A DNA stretch of 64,000 nt from Bugula neritina. Its lineage: Eukaryota > Animalia > Bryozoa. How positions within the stretch are numbered: the stretch's first letter is position 1; each line of letters starts with the position of its first letter. The notes beneath the pieces were generated by a model, which was given only the letters and a program-made list of their open reading frames with translations, was not told the DNA's origin and did no database searches. Shown in pieces: positions 60,901 to 64,000 of the stretch. A program made the position numbers and the translations under genes. The stretch lies in contig OZ037771.1 of assembly GCA_964035545.1 (NCBI GenBank), forward strand, positions 1,747,628-1,811,627, given 5' to 3'.

Positions 60901-63325
60901 ACTGTACACTATATTAGTGACTGCAAACACAAGTCTTCAAATTAAGTCTAACTCTAGACTTCTAAACTTAGAGCTCAGTTCAAGCCCATTTCTTATGTAA
61001 AAGAAAATATGTACATCATTCACTAAAACTCACTTATATTTTAATTAGAACGCAAACCTCAGCTTACCTATTAGTTTCTCTACACAGGGCTGTATGTTTA
61101 TATCCTGAAGGTGCTCCATAGTAAAGGCGTGGTACAACCTTAGCGTTACGTCATTACGTATGGCCACCCAGACGCCGTCTCCTGACCAGGTTAACAACCT
61201 CACCTGGCTATCCTTAGATGGGTGGGCTTCAAACGTCGTCTGAGATATTATATAATAATCACACGATTATTGATTAGATATATTTATCAAATACATATAC
61301 ATGACTTTAGAACTACAACTACTAAACTCTAATGTGCAAAGTCAAACCTGAAAAATGTTTTAGTCAATTTTTAAAACAATTGAAACTTTCAATTAACTTT
61401 GAAATACTCTAAATACTCTGACCTACTTCAAAGAAACACTTGTCAAGAACATAAATACATTTTTGCAGTGTAAAAGACAAAGTGCAGCATATAATAAATG
61501 TCACAGTACGACACATAATTATGCATGAATGGTATAATGTAACTAGCCACTATAACACAGACGTATATACTGCATATAATGTGATCTGGTGTAAGTACAA
61601 CTCATAAAGAGGTCAGTGTGTAAGTATAACACATAAAGATATACATACTGTAACCATGAGTGTGTGAACATTAACAACATAGACTCTGTTCCTATGTCCA
61701 ATCCAGAGATGAGAGTTTGCAACGTGCGTGAGAGTCCGCAGTGGCACTTTATCTTCACCGAAGTCTATTATATGGTAGTCATCAAAGCACCAAGCTCCAT
61801 CTGCGGATATACACATCACAATTGTTTGTTTAATGTCTCCACCCCTGTGAGAACCCCTGATTACAGGGGGTTTCAAGTAGACTAAGGATTGCACCCCTAA
61901 CATGGTTTAAGGGTTCTGTCTGGAAGAATTACGAACATGTGTCCTTGCTGACATCACCAAAAGCACTAATTAAACCAGAAGGAAACAGGTCTAGATAGAA
62001 CTGATTTAGGTAAAAACTGCAATAAACATCTAAATGAGTTAGAGAGGACCTGGTGAACCAATACCTCAGCCCAAGTGCCCACATGATGCATGGAGTTAGT
62101 GGAGAAACGAACCTGCATTCCTGTGAAATACTGCCATCGTCCCATTAGCCAGCCCAACAAACACCTTACCAGAAATGTGCCTAGAAAATGTAACAGTATA
62201 TCATTTCTCAACAGAGAAGCAGGATAACGTTCTGCCCCCCCCCCCCCCCCCCGTAGACTTGTACAGCTTTAGAAAGTTGCTAAACACATTCTAGAGTATA
62301 GGAAGAAATGGGTGTTGAAGGAATCTATTATATAAAGTTGAAAAGTACCAGAATTATACAACTTTTACACATATTTCTGTTGAATAAAATTCTAATTTTT
62401 AAAATCGTTAAAATAAGTGAGTCCCTAAAGATTTCATTCACGGTTGAATATGCCGAGTGGTGAAAGATTTTCAACGCCTAAACTCACTGGATGAAACTAG
62501 GAGCAAATGGTAGAAACCACAGCTGGTGTTTGTGAACAGACTAAAGACTAATTTAGCACTTGACTATGAAAACTTCAAGCAGAAAATTTCACTCAAAAAT
62601 GGCATCCATTTAGATTTCTTCAATATACTACAAGGATTTAAAGTATATTTAAAGCTATAAAGTTTTTCTCCTATTACTAATAAGGATAAAACAAATCTAA
62701 TGTCGTCATACGTAATGTAATTGTTGAAGCATTTTAAAAGCCTGAACACTGTTTGGTTAATAAAAATTCAAATATCAAAGCTGTGTTCATCAATATCATA
62801 TCATAACCATATCACTCCCTGCTAAACCCCTAACAAGACTTACACTATAGAGAGAATGCAGTCTCCCAAATCCACACTTCTGATTGGCTGTTTCCAATCA
62901 TCCAGCGAGGAGTGAATGGCCAGCAAACCGTTTTGTAGTCCGAGCCACATCGTAGGTAATATCAGCTTCCTCTTGCCCTCATCTATGCTGTGTATGCTGA
63001 CATTGTCACCTGCCTCAGCAGTGGTAGACGACTTCTCAGACACGCTGTCACATTTCTCTGTGCAAAGACAAACCATTGAAGACGAAGATTTATAGAGAAA
63101 CTGCCTGAAAACTAAATATTTTTAAACTTGTGAAAACTATTGCCAGCTTGAAAAAATTTATATTTAAATAGCGGAGCAGCCTACCAGATGCGCTGGAGAG
63201 AGTTGTGGAACTTGGGCTATTCACATATTTAACAGTCACACTTTCGGCACCGTCAGCTGCCGAACTTCTTGTCGAAATATTGTCGTGACTGTCGGACTCA
63301 GAAGGATAGTCTTGTTCAGAGATGC
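57972..63325 (-). CDS. MAPK8IP3: JIP3/JIP4 (MAPK8IP3/SPAG9, sunday driver/UNC-16)-like scaffold, C-terminal WD40-like region; 5' part continues toward or beyond the right edge of the window
   Basis: Exons 63185-63325, 62844-63057, 62113-62180, 61649-61800, 61068-61239, 60703-60810, 60199-60376, 59721-59803, 57972-58060; phases join. Motifs [70 protein letters not shown] and SHLIVWEV. Confidence 0.9.
58085..58498 (-). repeat. 15-bp minisatellite (GAGAGAGTGAGCTGG)n just upstream of the last JIP3 acceptor
   Basis: About 27 units; minus strand reads CTCACTCTCTCCCAG repeated. Confidence 0.95.
59238..59258 (-). CDS. Candidate 21-nt in-frame microexon of the JIP3-like gene (ERQPTVE)
   Basis: TTAGCTTTAG|AGAGACAGCCAACTGTTGAAG|GTAACT; phase 1/1 matches the host intron. 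Confidence 0.6.
59348..59711. repeat. ~23-bp ACT-rich minisatellite (ACTACTACAGAGTACTACTACAC) starting ~10 nt after a JIP3 donor
   Basis: Tandem units are visible directly in the sequence. Confidence 0.95.
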
Positions 63326-63337
63326 CTGAAGATGATA

Positions 63338-63600
63338 GCAGTACTAGTAGTAGTACTAGTAGTAGTACTACTACTAGTACTAGTGCTAGTAGTAGTAGTA
63401 GTACTAGTAGTAGTACTACTACTAGTACTAGTGCTAGTAGTAGTACTACTACTAGTACTACTACTACTACTAGCACTAGTACTACTACTAGTACTAGTAC
63501 TAGTAGTAGTAGTAGTAGTAGTAGTAGTACTAGTAGTAGTATTAATATTAGCAGCAGTATTAGTATTAGCAGTATTAGTGTTACTAGTAGTAGTAGTATT
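63338..63600. repeat. (TAG/CTA)n trinucleotide-type repeat immediately upstream of the JIP3 acceptor at 63326
   Basis: Mixed AGT/ACT runs, self-complementary in blocks. Confidence 0.95.
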
Positions 63601-64000
63601 CACCAACTAGTAAAGCCAATTGCAACAATAGAGATAGTAGCCTGAATGCTCAACTAAACTTTGGTTTGGGGTGCAAAATGCAATTTAAAACAAAACTATC
63701 TGATAATTTCTCTCAGTAACATGTATGTACATTGCGCCTGAACCCAACAGAATATGTAAATGTAGCAAGCAAAGAAGATCTAAAGCCAAATCAATTACAA
63801 GATTTCCATAAAATTCCACTTGATAAAATTGATTTGGAGTTTTCTTCTCATTTGGAGATACGGGCACGAACAAATAGAAATGAAAAATATTTTCACCAAA
63901 GTGAGAAAATAGTAGAGTCATGCTCACAACTATGTTACACAAATGATCCTATATAATTTTGATAAGGAAGAGTTTTCAAAAAACCTATACATTTACTCAC

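Noticed and set aside
63090-63645. Overlapping poly-V/L and poly-S/T ORFs on both strands
   Set aside because: Products of the (TAG/CTA)n tract; only 63185-63325 behaves as a real exon.

Overview
AT-rich, intron-rich invertebrate (metazoan) genomic DNA; no prokaryotic features. The three main loci are on the minus strand. (1) About 1.7-27.2 kb: a tandem array of SLC18B1-like (vesicular polyamine transporter-type) MFS genes. Two 11-exon copies are intact (B 11750-18799, C 22106-27170). Copy A (1681-8007) has a 4-nt frameshift. Remains of two more paralogs are present: an inverted 3-exon fragment plus a decayed exon 1, and a promoter relic plus an orphan last exon. (2) About 28.9-56.2 kb: an ERG-subfamily KCNH potassium channel that I can splice by hand into 18 phase-compatible coding exons (~855 aa). 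It has no PAS/eag domain, an Arg-rich N-terminus, a candidate alternative first exon, and pore residues matching classic non-inactivating and drug-insensitive hERG mutants. (3) About 58-64 kb: the 3' part of a JIP3/JIP4 (sunday driver)-like gene with a candidate 21-nt microexon. The most striking unexplained pattern is that tandem repeats sit on splice junctions in all three loci and are often built from the splice signal itself. In the MFS paralogs, one exon enclosed by such repeats ((TA)n at the acceptor, a 20-bp donor array at the donor) is ~99% identical across otherwise diverged genes, and every decoy donor would create a stop codon. Exon models are manual (GT-AG, phase and homology) and have no RNA support.
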